Under the pieces are notes generated by a model. That model ran no database searches, was not told the DNA's origin, and saw only the letters and a program-made list of their open reading frames with translations. Of a stretch of DNA of 64,000 nt, positions 1-15,410 are shown piece by piece (the stretch's first letter is position 1; each line of letters begins with the position of its first letter). A program made the position numbers and the translations under genes. The DNA is from the human T2T-CHM13v2.0 reference genome, Homo sapiens, in the NCBI RefSeq assembly GCF_009914755.1, contig NC_060938.1; one strand, given 5' to 3'.

Positions 1-941
1 AAAAAAAAAGATAAGCACTACATAGAGCAGTGGGCAGCCCCCAAATGCATAGAGCTGGCATGCAGCAGGCACTCAGTAAATCTTGGTTGAATGAGCAAGG
101 TGCTGGAGGAGCTAGGAGGAGAGAGTGAGAAACTGGCCAGGGAAAGCTCCTGCATGAAGGAAAAGGAAAAGGCATTCTACATGAAAGGTGTGAATGTTAC
201 AAAATATATGAGGAGTAATGTGGCCATGTGGAGAAGTAAGAGCTCACTTCCATTGAGCGCTTCATTTCAACCAGGCATTGTTCTGAACATATTACACATA
301 TCATCTCTTTAACCTTTGAGATAGGGCCTATTGTTGTCACTCCCATTTTATAATTGCACAGCCTGAGGCCCAGAGAGGCTGAGCTTAAGGCCATGCAGGT
401 AGTGAGTGGCAGAGTCAGGTGTTAATCCACTCACCAATGGGCACTTAACCCAACCTGAGCCTCCACTTCTCCATCTGTAAAATGGGAACGCCCGGGCTTC
501 CCCTGACAGTTTCTTGGACAGATTAAGAAAGCTGTGCATGAGTGCACATGGAATGTCTGTGAAAAAGTTACAAGATTCACAGAAAACTTGCTAACAATGG
601 TTACCTTTGGGGAGGCTGCCTAGAGGACCAAGGATTAGAGAAAGTATGTATCAGTTTTTGGATCTCTTTTTGGGCCTCCAGCGGGTGAAAGTTAAAATGA
701 CAAGCAGCCTAAATGGGAAGGAGTTGGAGGGTGGGTTAAGTTTGAAAGGAGAAAGAGCAGTTGAGGCTGGAGAAAGGATGTTATTTGACTGTAGCGAACA
801 CTCTGCCTGCACCCCCCAGTCCCTCTCTCTTTGAGGGGAAGGATGCCGTGGCGACGGTCTTCCTCCTTAATATAGTATGTACATTTTATCTCTGCAGACT
901 TCTTGCAGACTTGGTTTAAAGATCTCAGCTCAATACCATTA

Positions 942-1637
<696 letters not shown>

Positions 1638-2159
1638 GACTTGGTGTATTGCTTACCATTTTTGAGCCATTATATATACATTTTGTTTCATTTTTTCAGT
1701 CTTTTAAAAAAAAGTAATACATTCACATGTGTAACAAAAATGTCAAACACTATGAGAGTGCAGGCAGTGACTGGTAGGGTATTTTTCCTCCCCTAATCCT
1801 TGGTCCCCTAGACAGAATCCCTAAAAGTAGCCACAGTTACCAAGTTTTCTGTGAACCTTACAATATTTTCAAAAATTGTCCATGTGCACTCATACACAGC
1901 TTTCTTAATCCCTCCAAGAAACCTGCAGAGGAAACTTGGTGTTCCCATTTTACAGATGGAGAATGGAGGCACAGGTTGGTTAAGTGCCCACTGGTGAAGG
2001 GCCAGGATCCAAATTGTGAATGATCTGGTGGTCTGGCTTTATATCCTGGGGTCTTTCTGTGAAATCATATGCTCTCTTATGTGCCTTTCCCAGAAAGAGA
2101 GGGGGCTGTTCAGAGCTATAAACACAGCAAATATTTGAGTTTTTACTTCTCCAACTCTT

Positions 2160-2475
2160 TTCTTCTTATTTTTTTTTATTTTTTTATTTTTTGAGACAGA
2201 GTCTCTCTCTGTCACCCAGACTGGAGGGCAGTGGTGCAATCTCAGCTCACTGCAACCTCCCCCTTCTGGGTTCAAGTGATTCTTGTGCCTCAGCCTCCCG
2301 AGTAGCTGAGATTACAGGCAAGTGCCACCAAGCCCGGCTAATTTTTGTATTTTTCGCAGAGACGGGGTTTTGCCTTGTTGACCAGTCTGGTCTTGAACTC
2401 CTGATCTCAGGTGATCTGCCTGCTTCAGCCTCCCAAAGTGCTGGGATTACAGGCAAGAGCCACCGCGCCTGGCCC
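2160..2475 (-). mobile_element. AluS
   Basis: Reverse-complement Alu with T-rich tail. Confidence 0.9.
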
Positions 2476-2507
2476 ATTCATTTCTTCTTGGGTCCATCCA
2501 TATGCTA

Positions 2508-2876
<369 letters not shown>

Positions 2877-4222
2877 TTACTACGGTCTCCTTCAGTTCAG
2901 TACCCCTTTATGAGAGTGAGGGGTGGAGTGTGTTGAGTGAATCCTCGCCTGCTTTATCTGGATCTTGAGTTCTGCCCACTTCCTACTAGACACTGTGTGT
3001 GTTGCAGGAAGGAGGATGCTGGTGGCAGCACGTGCTGCAAATTGTGTGGCAGCATCCAGCTTCATAACAGATAATCACAGTATCAACCTCGGAGGGTTCT
3101 TTGGAGGGTGGAATAATACCATGGCATGGTACCTGGTACATGGTAATCTCTCAATAAATATTAGTGATTAGTAGTATCACTAGCTAGAGAAGCTTTCGTA
3201 CATTGCTCATCTGCTCTGTGCAATTTGCCTCAACTATAAGAATAGTATTATTCTGTTATCATCACACTATTATTTAATATTTAATATTTTTAAACAATCT
3301 GTGTAATAAGCTGGTATCATTTTAAATACAATTAGCATAGTGTCAGGTATACAAAAGATGCTCAATAAATATGATTTCCCATTTTATTCCCGTCTCTTTA
3401 CCAGTTTTAAATCAAGATCTTGATTCTTCTTTATCCTTGTTGTGAATCTAATTTCTGTAAAGTGAGTCCATTTGTATTCCCACTCACATTTATTGAGAAC
3501 CTGCTGTTTACCTGGCATTCTGCTCTGTGCTGCGGGGCACACAAAGAAGAACAGACCTCGGACTCCGCCCTCACAGGACGAAAAATCAAATCAGGAAGAC
3601 TGAGAACAGAGGCATCAATTGCAGCCCAAGCTGTTCGCAGGGTTTGGGGCATGCTCCTGGGGTACAGGAATAGATGGAGTGGCTTCATGTTCTTCAGTAC
3701 CTCAGTTTCCCCTTCTGAGGAGTGGAGGTAGTTCCCTTTCTTGTTTCTTGGTATTTGGAAGATGTGGAACAACCTGGCTGATGTGGTTTCAGTCTTGTGG
3801 GAACCAGTGGGCTGAGCCCCTTTCTTTACCCCTCTACCTCTCCCTCACCACCAAGTACCCTATACCTCTCTCCCACCCTACCCTGGCTGGAAGCTGCTCC
3901 TCCACTGGGCTGTCGACCTGGGAGCCTCCATCCTCCTCCTCCTTGCAAACCACACCTTTTCACCAGATCGTCATGCCAACCCCATCCTCCCCCAACAAAG
4001 AAGGTTTTGAAGGGACCAGAATACCTCAGCTTTGGATGCTGTACTATAAAATCCAGAATTATATAACTGCTGGATTATGGAGTGATTATTAGCTTTGCTG
4101 AAAGATTTTCCATTTACATAAGGATTAGCTGCGGGGTTCCTTTAAATAGCTGGCTTTGCTAATGCATTTGTATTGCAAAGAAAGGTGGGTGGGGGAAATA
4201 AGGACAGGATTGTGAAGCAGAA

Positions 4223-4390
4223 GGCCCGAGTTGCAGTGGCTCAGGCCTCTAATCCAAATGACTCAGGAGGCCGGGGCAGGAGGATCACTTGAACCCAGGA
4301 GTTCAACACCAGTCTGGGCAACATAGGGAGACCCTATCTCTACAATAAATTAAATTAAATTAACTAGGGATGGTGGCTTGTGCCTTTAGA
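4223..4390 (+). mobile_element. FLAM or truncated AluJ
   Basis: Left-monomer-like sequence. Confidence 0.75.
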
Positions 4391-5205
4391 AAAATAAAGA
4401 AAAGAAGGCTCGAGTTCTAAGCCAGCTGAGTAACTGGTCATTTTACCTCTTGAAGCCTTGGGTTTCTTTGATGAGGAAAGTGAGCGGTGACCACCCTACC
4501 CAGACCCAGCATTGCAGGAGAGGACTGTGCAGGCAGTTTGCAAAGAGCTGGGCGCAGGCAGTCAGGTGAGGCAAAGCTGCACCGCAGTGCTGTTGGTGTG
4601 ATGAGCCTGCCCCTCAAAGGGTGATGTCGAAACCCCTGGTGTTGAATCTTCTAGCTGGCCTCTGCCCACCTGTCCATGCTGGTCTCCTGACAGACCCCCA
4701 CCTGGCTTCTTCCTGTGCCCCGGCCCCGGCCACACACCTGTGTCCCGGACTTCCCACACCAACTCCAGTTCCTTGGCTGTATACTGCTGTTCCCTATCTC
4801 TGTGACTTGCACATACTGGACCCAGTGCCCAGAATGCCATTCCCCACCCTCTTCCCTTCTTGGCCTGGCAAACACCTACTTGTCCTTCAAGACGTAGGCT
4901 AAACTTCTCCTCCAGGAAGCCTTCCCTGACTCCCTTACACTAAGGAGGGTTAGACACTCCTCTGCACTCGCAGGTCCCATGAATGTGTGTGTGACCCTAT
5001 CGTATTGCTTTGAGATCCTTCATTGTCCAGTGACTTTATGGTCATTGATCACTTATTTGTATCTGCCATGAGCTACTGAGCTTAGGGGCAGGGTCCCTGT
5101 TGTGTTTGACTCAGTAGATGTGTAGTAAATGAAATAAGTAAGCGAATAGTAACAACTTCTCATGTGCAGCAGGTGTTTCATCCCCAGCCACATGCAGCAG
5201 AGGCG

Positions 5206-5607
5206 GCCCCCGCACCGTCCCCCACCCCGTACCATCCTCACCCCTGCACCATCCCCACCCCTGCACCGTCCCCCGCCCCTGCACCGTCCCCCGCCCCTGC
5301 ACCGTCTCCCGCCCCTGCACCGTCCGCCGCCCCTGCACCGTCCCTCGCCCCTGCACCGTCCCCGCCCCTGCACCGTCCGCCGCCCCTGCACCGTCCGCCG
5401 CCCCTGCACCGTCCCCGCCCCTGCACCGTCCCCTGCCCCTGCACGGTCCCCGCCCCTGCACCGTCCGCCGCCCCTGCACCATCCCTCGCCCCTGCACCGT
5501 CCCCGCCCCTGCACCGTCTCCCGCCCCTGCACCGTCTCCCGCCCCTGCACCGTCCCCCCCGCCCCTGCAACGTCCCCCCGCCCCTGCAGCGTCCCCCCGC
5601 CCCTGCA
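5206..5607. repeat. GC-rich minisatellite, about 22 copies of a 17-20 bp unit (GCCCCTGCACCGTCCCC(C))
   Basis: Tandem units read directly. Confidence 0.95.
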
Positions 5608-5629
5608 TACTGCATGCCCTGAAGCACAA

Positions 5630-5820
5630 AAACCCTGGTGTTAGACCACAGGGGTTCAAATAAATCCTGGCTCCACCCCAGCTGTGACCTTAACCAAATT
5701 ATTTTGCTCCCGAGTTTCTTCATCTATAAAACAAGATCATAATAGTTCTGACCCCTTAGGGTTGCTGTGAATAGGAAGTGAGTTAATCTGTGTTCGGTAC
5801 TTAGAGCAGTGCCTGGGCGC
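5630..5820 (+). mobile_element. MIR
   Basis: MIR core-like: gctgtgacctt...gtttcttcatctataaaa...gggttgctgtga. Confidence 0.7.
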
Positions 5821-6764
5821 AGTACCTTCTGCGTCTGATGGCGGTTTTCATTTCGGAGGGCCCTGAGTTGTGCCCCTGTGGTTCCTCCCCAGCTCAGTCC
5901 CCTGTGTTGCTGAGCTTGCAGTCTCTGCCTCTTTACTTTCTTCGCTTGCTCTAGTGACCTGTCTCAGATCCCCACTCCCCCAACCAGTCAGCACAGAAAT
6001 AATCAAATTTTACTTGATTATTAGTCATTACTTTCTGCTGCTGTTTTTGTTTGTTCCTTAAAAAAAAAAAAAAAAAAACTATTCTAGATTTAATTGAGTT
6101 GATTGATTAGCACAATCGCTGATTGGAAGGAGATACTCTGTAACCCTCTCCTCCTCCGGTGCCTTTTCCCAGAGAGGCACCAGGTGGACTGCCCGTGGCC
6201 TGGAGGTGCAGTGGCTTGTGGTGGCTGTGTGGGCTGGGAGCCTGGTCCTCCCAGGCCTAGTGACCTGAGGCAAGTCCCCGGCCCTCTCAGGGCCTCATCT
6301 GTAAGAAGGGGATTGAAGTAAATGAGCCTCTGAATCCCCTCACTTTTAAATTCTATGAAAACTCTACACCTGAGTGCCCCCAGCCTTGGTTTGTGAGTCG
6401 CCCATCCATTCAATATCACAGCTACCTCTGGGCCAGCACTTCTCAGGGTGCTGTGGGGACCCAGACGTGAGCAAGTCAAGAGCCCTGCCCTCTAGGAGCT
6501 AGTGGGGTGGGGTTGGGGACTGGCAAGACGCTAACTCCAGCATTTTTAACTTAGTGTGTTCCAAGCTCAGTGGAGTTTCAGAGGGGAATGCCTAATTCGA
6601 ACAGTTGTAGAGGGGTGACATTTGGATTCAGTCCAAGACAAAATACCTTGTACAAACTTTAGGGGTGTGGAGAGTGAACTTTATAGAAGCCACCTCTATG
6701 TGCTGAGTACAGTGGTAAGCACTTAAATTGTTTTAAAACTTTTTATATCAAATAGAGATAGGAT

Positions 6765-7065
6765 GGCCGGGCACAGTGGCTCACTCCTGCAATCCCAGCA
6801 CTTTGGGAGGCCGAGACGGGCAGATCACGAGGTCAGGAGTTTGAGACCAGCCTGGCCAACGTGGTAAAACCCTGTCTCTACTAAAAATACAAAAATTAGC
6901 CAGGCGTGGTGGTTTGCACCTGTAATCCCAGCTACTCAGGAGGCTGAGACAGAAGAATCACTTGAACCCGGAAGGTGGAGTTTACAGTGAGCTGAGATCA
7001 TGCTACTGCACTCCAGACTGGGCGAAAGAGTGAGACTCTATCTCAAAAATCAATAAAAAATTAGT
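6765..7065 (+). mobile_element. AluS inserted in the tail of an antisense FLAM (7075-7187)
   Basis: TSD aaatagagat; outer TSD taagcactt. Confidence 0.85.
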
Positions 7066-7518
7066 AAATAAATAGAGATGGGGGTCTCACTGTATTGCCC
7101 AGGCTGGTCTCAAACTCTTGGGCTCAAATGGTGCTCCTGTTTCAGCCTCCCAAAGTGCCGGGATTACAGGCATGAGCCACTGCGCCTGATAAGCACTTTC
7201 TTTTCATTTTCTTTTTAATCCCCACAGCAACACTCTAAGTAAAAGGATATGATATCACTTTTATAGACAAAACACCCAAAGCTCAGAGAGGATAAGTGGC
7301 TTGCCTACAGTCAACAGCAAGCGAGGGAGAAGTAGACTTTGAATGATGTCAAACCTTATCCTCTTTACACAGTTTCATACCATATTACAGTATTAAATAA
7401 TTTGAAGGTAAAATAATCAGCTAATTTCCCAAATGTCACTTCTATGTCCATTTTGGAACATGATCTTCCATACATACCCTTTTTACATTACATAATTAGA
7501 GTGATGTACCATTTTCCC

Positions 7519-7805
7519 TTTTTTTTTTTTTTTTTTGAGACATGGTCTTGGCTCTGTCACACAGGCTAGAGTGCAGTGGTGTGATCATAGCTCACTGCAA
7601 CCTCTTGGCTCCTGGGATCAAGGGATCCTCCTGCCTCAGCCCTCCAAGTAGCTGGGCTATAGGCGCCCACCACCACACCCAGCTAATTTTGTATTTTTGT
7701 AGAGATGGGTTTTTGCCATGTTGGCCAAGCTGGTCTCAAACTCCAGTTCAGACTGCCTTTGTCTCCCAAAGTGCTGGGATTACAGGCATGAACCTGCGCC
7801 CCGCC
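7519..7805 (-). mobile_element. AluJ
   Basis: Diverged Alu. Confidence 0.85.
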
Positions 7806-7847
7806 TCTATTTTTTTACTTATAGCATTCTTTCCCCCCGTCTCTGCT

Positions 7848-8830
<983 letters not shown>

Positions 8831-9278
8831 GTGTTTCTCTGGTGTCTTCTAGTTCCCATTATTCCACAATTCAACCCAGTGGATGTGGTGTTATTAATCA
8901 ACATCAATGTTGTTTCCTGCAGCGTCTGTGTGTGCCTGTGTGCGTGCATATGTGTGTGTTTGCAGCGAACACGCATTTCAAGCATATTTCAAGCATGTGA
9001 CTTTTGACTATGTTGGGGTAATTCTGTAGCAGCGAAATAACTGGTTGGAAGTGTTTGCTCATCTTTTTGGCTCTTGACAGGTAAAACTATAGTGTGACTT
9101 CTGGTGACAAGAGCTGAAGGCATGGCAGGCAGTGGATCTGTGGTGCAAAGGTGCAGAGGCAGAAAGAACAAGCCTTCCCAGAGGCCCGAGGCATCACACA
9201 GGTAGTCCCTGGCCATAAGGGAGGAGCCACTGGAGAAGCAGGTGCCTCGTGAGGACAGGTGGGCGGTGGGCCAAGTGA

Positions 9279-9638
<360 letters not shown>

Positions 9639-9659
9639 CTTTTTCCACTTTTGAAAAAG

Positions 9660-10340
9660 CTTTTTAATGAAATTGTTTTTTGGCTTTACAGAAAAATTGC
9701 CAAGATAGTGCAGAGGACTCCTGTATAACCCTTATCTGGTTTTCACTTTTGTTAGCTTCCTATGTTACCATGATAGATTTGTCACAACTAAGAAACTTAC
9801 CTTGGTACATTACTATGAACTAACCTCCATACTTTATTGAGATTTCATTTATTTTTCCATTGATGTCCTTTTTCTCTTCCAGGATCCCATGCAGAATCCC
9901 ACACTGCATTTAATTGTCATGTCTGTTTAGTCTCCCCTTGTCTGTGACAGTTTCTCAGACTTTCCATAATTTTCATAACCTTGACAGTTTTTGTTTGATT
10001 GTTTGTTTGCTTGTTTTGAGATGGAGTCTTGCTCTGTTGCCCAGGCTGGAGTGCAGTGGAGCGATCTCGGCTCACTATAACCTCCCACCTCCTGGGTTCA
10101 AGTGATTCTCGTGCCTCAGCCTCCCTAGTAGCTAGGATTACGGGTGCCTGCCACCATGCCTGGCTAATTTTTCTATTTTTAGTAGAAACAGTGTTTTGCC
10201 ATGTTGGCCAGGCTGGTCTCAAACTCCTGGCCTCAAGTGATCCGCCCACCTTGGCCTCCAAACTAACTGCTGGAATTACAGGTGTGAGCCACCGCATCCA
10301 GCCTAACCTTGAGAGTTTTTAGAAGTGCTGGCCAGGTACT
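9660..10340 (-). mobile_element. Old L1M (L1MC-like) 3' fragment interrupted by an Alu (9988-10303)
   Basis: Resembles an L1MC 3' UTR; Alu TSD taaccttga(c/g)agttttt. Confidence 0.65.
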
Positions 10341-10403
10341 TTGCTTTTCCATTTTTCAACTATCTATTTTTATCTGGAATCGTGATGTTGAGAGCCTGTA
10401 AAC

Positions 10404-10699
10404 TTTTTTTTTTTTTTGAGACGAGGTTTCACTCTGTCACCCTGCCTGGAGTGCGATGGCACGATCTCGGCTCACTACAACCTTCGCCTCTCAGGTTCAA
10501 ACGATTCTCCTGTGTCAGCCTCCTGAGTAGCTGGGACTATGGGCATGTGCCACTGTGCCTGGCTAATTTTTACATTTTTAGTAGAGATGGGGTTTCGCCA
10601 TGTTGGCCAGGCTGATCTCGAACTCCTGACCTCAGGTGATCTTCCTGCCTCGGTCTCCCAAACTGCTGGGATTACAGGAGTGAGCCACCGCACACGGCT
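10404..10699 (-). mobile_element. AluS
   Basis: Alu consensus. Confidence 0.9.
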
Positions 10700-11937
10700 G
10701 AGAGTCTGCAAAATGTTGAGATCGAGCTTCGAACTCAGGAATCAAGGGTGGGGGACACGGTGCTGGGTTCAGTCCTGGCCTTGCCCCCTACCCACTAAGT
10801 GACATTGAACAAGGAAATCTTCCATGCTTCATTCTTATCCTGGGGGTGAGAATATTCACCCCCGAGCCTCATGAGGGTTAGCTGGGATAAGACATGGAAA
10901 TTCTCATGAACTTGGGGTTCCTTCTCAGTTTCATTGCTGGGTAAGCCCCTGGTGAGACTGATTACCCTGAAGACATTCACTTCCTCTCACAGGAGCTGGG
11001 GCTGTGAAATGCCAGAGTGAGGATGGCGGGGAGGTTGTGACAACTTGGCAGGAAGCACTTTGAAGGTCGTATTCTATATTGATCCTCACAATAACTCCAT
11101 GAGTTATGGTAGTAAAATGGGTTACTGTAGGCTCATAGAAGGTCAAGAACCTGCTGAAGGTCATGGAGGAAAGAAGGGCAAAGTCAAGACTTGCACATGG
11201 GCCATGAGACCCTGTGCCCTTTCCAGTTTAGGCTGGCCTGAGCTGCCCGGCAGAGGGGGCAGGCAGCTCTGGGGTGGATGTGGGCAGGAAAGCCCAGAGC
11301 CCTGGATCCTGGGATGGAGAGGGTCTGTCTCATGGGTCAGGAGGACTGGGGTTCGGCTAGGGGTCTGACTCACGGGGCAAGAGGCTAGAGTTATGGATTC
11401 TCAGTCTTTACACACCATATTGGTCTCAGGCCATTGCATTACAGTGAGTGTTTCATTTTGTAATGTAGACTTTTTTTCTCTAGGTAATTTCATTTTTAAC
11501 CCTTGAGTTACCTGTGAAACCAGCATGAGCAAATGAGCAAAAGGCTCATGACTAGCGGGCAGCTTCCCAAGTAAATCTCAGGACCAATGGTCCAGCTTCC
11601 TGCCAGAGAGCCAACTGTCTTACCTCCTGTTTCATGTATCTTCAGGCCCCCCCAGCAGATGGTGAGGGCTCTCTGCTTTCCAGGAAGGGACAAAGAATGA
11701 CTGAAGCCAGACAGGGCAAGTGGCTGTCTCTAGGACACACAGCTTCAGAGCAGACACCATATCAGTTAGTCACTGGGCTCTTTCTACCAAACATAATAAG
11801 AACTCAGAAGACACTCGTGCTATTTATTATATTTTAAAACTTGAAATGTAAACTACAAAGTTGCAGTTCCGACATTAATGGGAGAGTTGGGAGGCCACAG
11901 TTCTAAGTGCATGAGCTAATAGGTCTTCTCCTACAGG

Positions 11938-11984
<47 letters not shown>

Positions 11985-12014
11985 TGTATGAGAGAGAGAG
12001 AGAGAGACAGAGAG
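11938..12014. repeat. (TG)n followed by (GA)n microsatellite
   Basis: Read directly. Confidence 0.92.
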
Positions 12015-13508
12015 CAACACATTTAGGTCAGTGCACTGTGAGGACAAAGGACAAAGTAATTTTGGCACTTTGGCCAAATGGCCAAAAATTACCTTCAATT
12101 CAACCAAAACACACAGAGGTTGGAGGGATGGACGGTCCTTTTCAAAAAGGGGTCCCCTGGAACCGGTGGCCACCATGCCCTTTGTATCAGGGGTTCCCAT
12201 TTCATCCACCTCAAAGTTTCTAAATTCAGAGCTTGCAGACCACCCTCACACACCCCACCTGTGCACATGGATGACATGGCCCTGCTGATTCCTCTGGCTC
12301 TAAATGATACCTCTTCTGCCTGTCCCCTGCAGTGAGGTGTGCCCAGGTATTCAGACCCCTGCAGTGTCTCACTGAGCACCCTAAGCACTCACCCGTCACC
12401 CTCTGGTTCCTTGGGGCCCGGTGCTGGCCTTGGAACACTGGTCCCAGTACTCAGGCAGTCCAGGAAATAGTCTGTTTGGCCTGCCAGCTGTCAGCAGCCT
12501 TGCCCCTCCTCCCAGCCTGGATCCAGCCGGAGGAGGACAGAGCCCGTTTCTCTTCTGCCCACCTTTAAAGGCTAGGCTGGCCAGGATAGGGAAGAAGTAG
12601 CCCTGTCTGGAGTCACCCCTCCAGAGATGTGTAACCCCAGAGTGGTTAAAATCCCATACATTGGCATCAGGATGGCTTAGAGGGCAAATCTTTGCCTTTC
12701 CATGTGCATGGAAGGTGTGGGGCCCACCTGACAATGTCTGGTGCCTCGATTGATTTTCCCATGTATAAATTAGGATGAAAAATCCAGAGTTATTTTGAGG
12801 AGTAAATAAGCTTATATATGTAAAGCGCTTTGCACATAGCAAGTGCTTAAAAAGAAAGGAAATGTAGTATTGTTATTCGGTTATATAATATAGCAGCATT
12901 TGTGTCTCTTTTTCTTCCAAAGAGCTTGCACATCTGTTTACTCCATGTACCCTTACAACAACCAAGTGGAGTAGGGCAGTTTTTCTTGGATCCAGTTTAC
13001 TGATGCAGCAGCTAAGATGCAGTGAAGTGTAATGACATGCCCAAGGCCACTCCACAAAGCAGCAGGGGCACTGAGGTCCCTGGAGGGCACAGGCTAGGTT
13101 AGGTGTGTCCCAGTCTGGCTCACCTGCAGCCGGAATTCCTGCCTGCCACAGCTGCCCCTCCAGTCCCCCTGTCACTCTCCTCCCTCCCCTCCCTGAGAAC
13201 TGCTGTCTTCCACAAGGACCCCTCACTACCCAGGGAGGGAGGGTGTGGTTGGGCGCTGGTAGGGGGTGGCTCTACCTCTTCAGCCAGTGGCAGGGCTCTG
13301 CCATTGCCAGCAGCATCTTGCAGGATGAAGGTTGCATCAGTGAGCAGTAATTGAAATGCAAAATAACATTTTGATCGAGCCAGCAGGCTGTTTATTTATC
13401 AGATCAATAGTCAAAATGCCCCGTCTGGAGAAGCTAGTGTGATAAGTGACAGTCTTGCCAAGGGCAGTCCTGGTGGCTACAGTCCCCTCCCTCAAAGGCC
13501 TGGATTAG

Positions 13509-13903
<395 letters not shown>

Positions 13904-14009
13904 ACATTTCCTTCTTATACTCAGTTTACAGAGGAGATGACTGAGAACTATGTGGGTAGGGACCACCCTTGCTGTGGCTGCCAGGACCTGTACCCAAGAT
14001 TGCTGAGAT

Positions 14010-14225
14010 AACAGCACATATTTTCGAGCACTTACAATGTACAGGTGCCCAGTGCTTCACATTATTGGGTCATTTACTCCTCAGAATAATTCTGTGAGGT
14101 ACGTATGTCTATATTACCCATTTTGCAGATGAGGAAACCAAGTCCTAGAGAGGTCAGGCAACAGTTGCACAGCGAGTCAGTGACAGGCCGGGATTCCGAC
14201 ACAGGCGAGCTGGGCCCAGAGCCCT
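14010..14225 (-). mobile_element. MIR
   Basis: cccattttgcagatgaggaaacc core. Confidence 0.75.
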
Positions 14226-14534
14226 CATGCCCAGGCCCTGTCAGTTCCCTCTCTCAAGGGCAGGGGGCCGTGAAACATTTTTGTTTACACAGTGGGGTTC
14301 TGGCTCTGAAGTCAAGCAACCCCTTTCCAGCCCCACTTCCCACAGTTTCTTTACGAATTACATTGATTTTGTGTTAAAATTTAGTTTTTAGCATTTTGAA
14401 AGCAGATGTCTCAATGAGTTGCTCTCAGACTAGCCTCTCTAAGTTGCCAACCCAACACATTAAGTGGCTTGGGGTACTTACAAAAAAGCAACCAAAATCA
14501 GAAAATAAGAAAAATGCATTTATCTTTCATAACC

Positions 14535-14830
14535 TTTTTTTTTTTTTTTTTTTTGAGAGAGTCTCACTCTGTCACCCAGGCTGGAGTATAGTGGCTCAAT
14601 CTCGGCTCACTGCATCCTCTGCCTCCCGCGCTCAAGAAATTCTCACACCTCAGCCTCCTGAGTAGCTGGGATTACAGATGTGTGCCACCACACCTGGCTA
14701 ATTTTTGTATTTTTAGTAGAGACAGGGTTTCACCATGTTGGCCAGGCTGGTCTCGAACTTCTGACCTCAAGTGATCTGCTCACTTTGGCTTCCCAAATTG
14801 CTGAGATTACAGGCGTGAGCCACCGCGCCA
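14535..14830 (-). mobile_element. AluS
   Basis: Alu consensus. Confidence 0.9.
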
Positions 14831-15094
14831 TCCTTTCATAGACTCTTTAAACCAGGATGATCAGAATTCGATCGAAACTGATGGCAAGGTGGATCCTTTA
14901 AGAACTTTTGTGGGCTCCACTGGACCCCAGGGGCTCTGTGGGTTCTGCTCCTGGGGCGCTGGTGGACTCCTCTTCTCGGACCTTGATCCTGTCCTGTGAC
15001 TCAGACCGGTGACTGTCACATCCTGAGGGAGTGCAGGCCTCTGGAAACTGTAATGGTTGTTTGACTGGGGTCCTCAGATCCCACCTAACCCTCC

Positions 15095-15410
15095 TTACTC
15101 ATTCAACAAATATTTATTCTGCACCTACTGTGTGTCTATTCTAGACACTGGAGTAGGACAGGAAAGAAAACAGAAAGCCTCTGCCATCATATACGGGGAG
15201 CAAAGACCCTGAGGTGGGAGCATGATTGGTGTAGTCAAGAACCAGCCAGGAGGCCAGTGTGGCTGGGATGGAGTGACCTGGGGGGAGAGTGGGCAGGAGA
15301 TAGCATGACAGAGGTTGGGGGGCAGATCCTGAGGCCTTCTGAGCTGTGGAAAGGACTCCTGCTTCACTGGAGCCCCTGGCTGTCTTCAGCAGAGGAATGT
15401 TGTGACTTAC
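15095..15410 (-). mobile_element. L2 fragment
   Basis: ctcattcaacaaatatttatt...cacctactgtgtg L2 terminus. Confidence 0.7.

Noticed and set aside
5053-5723. Five overlapping 150-180 aa Pro/Gly-rich ORFs on both strands
   Set aside because: Artefact of the stop-free GC minisatellite; no splice or homology support.
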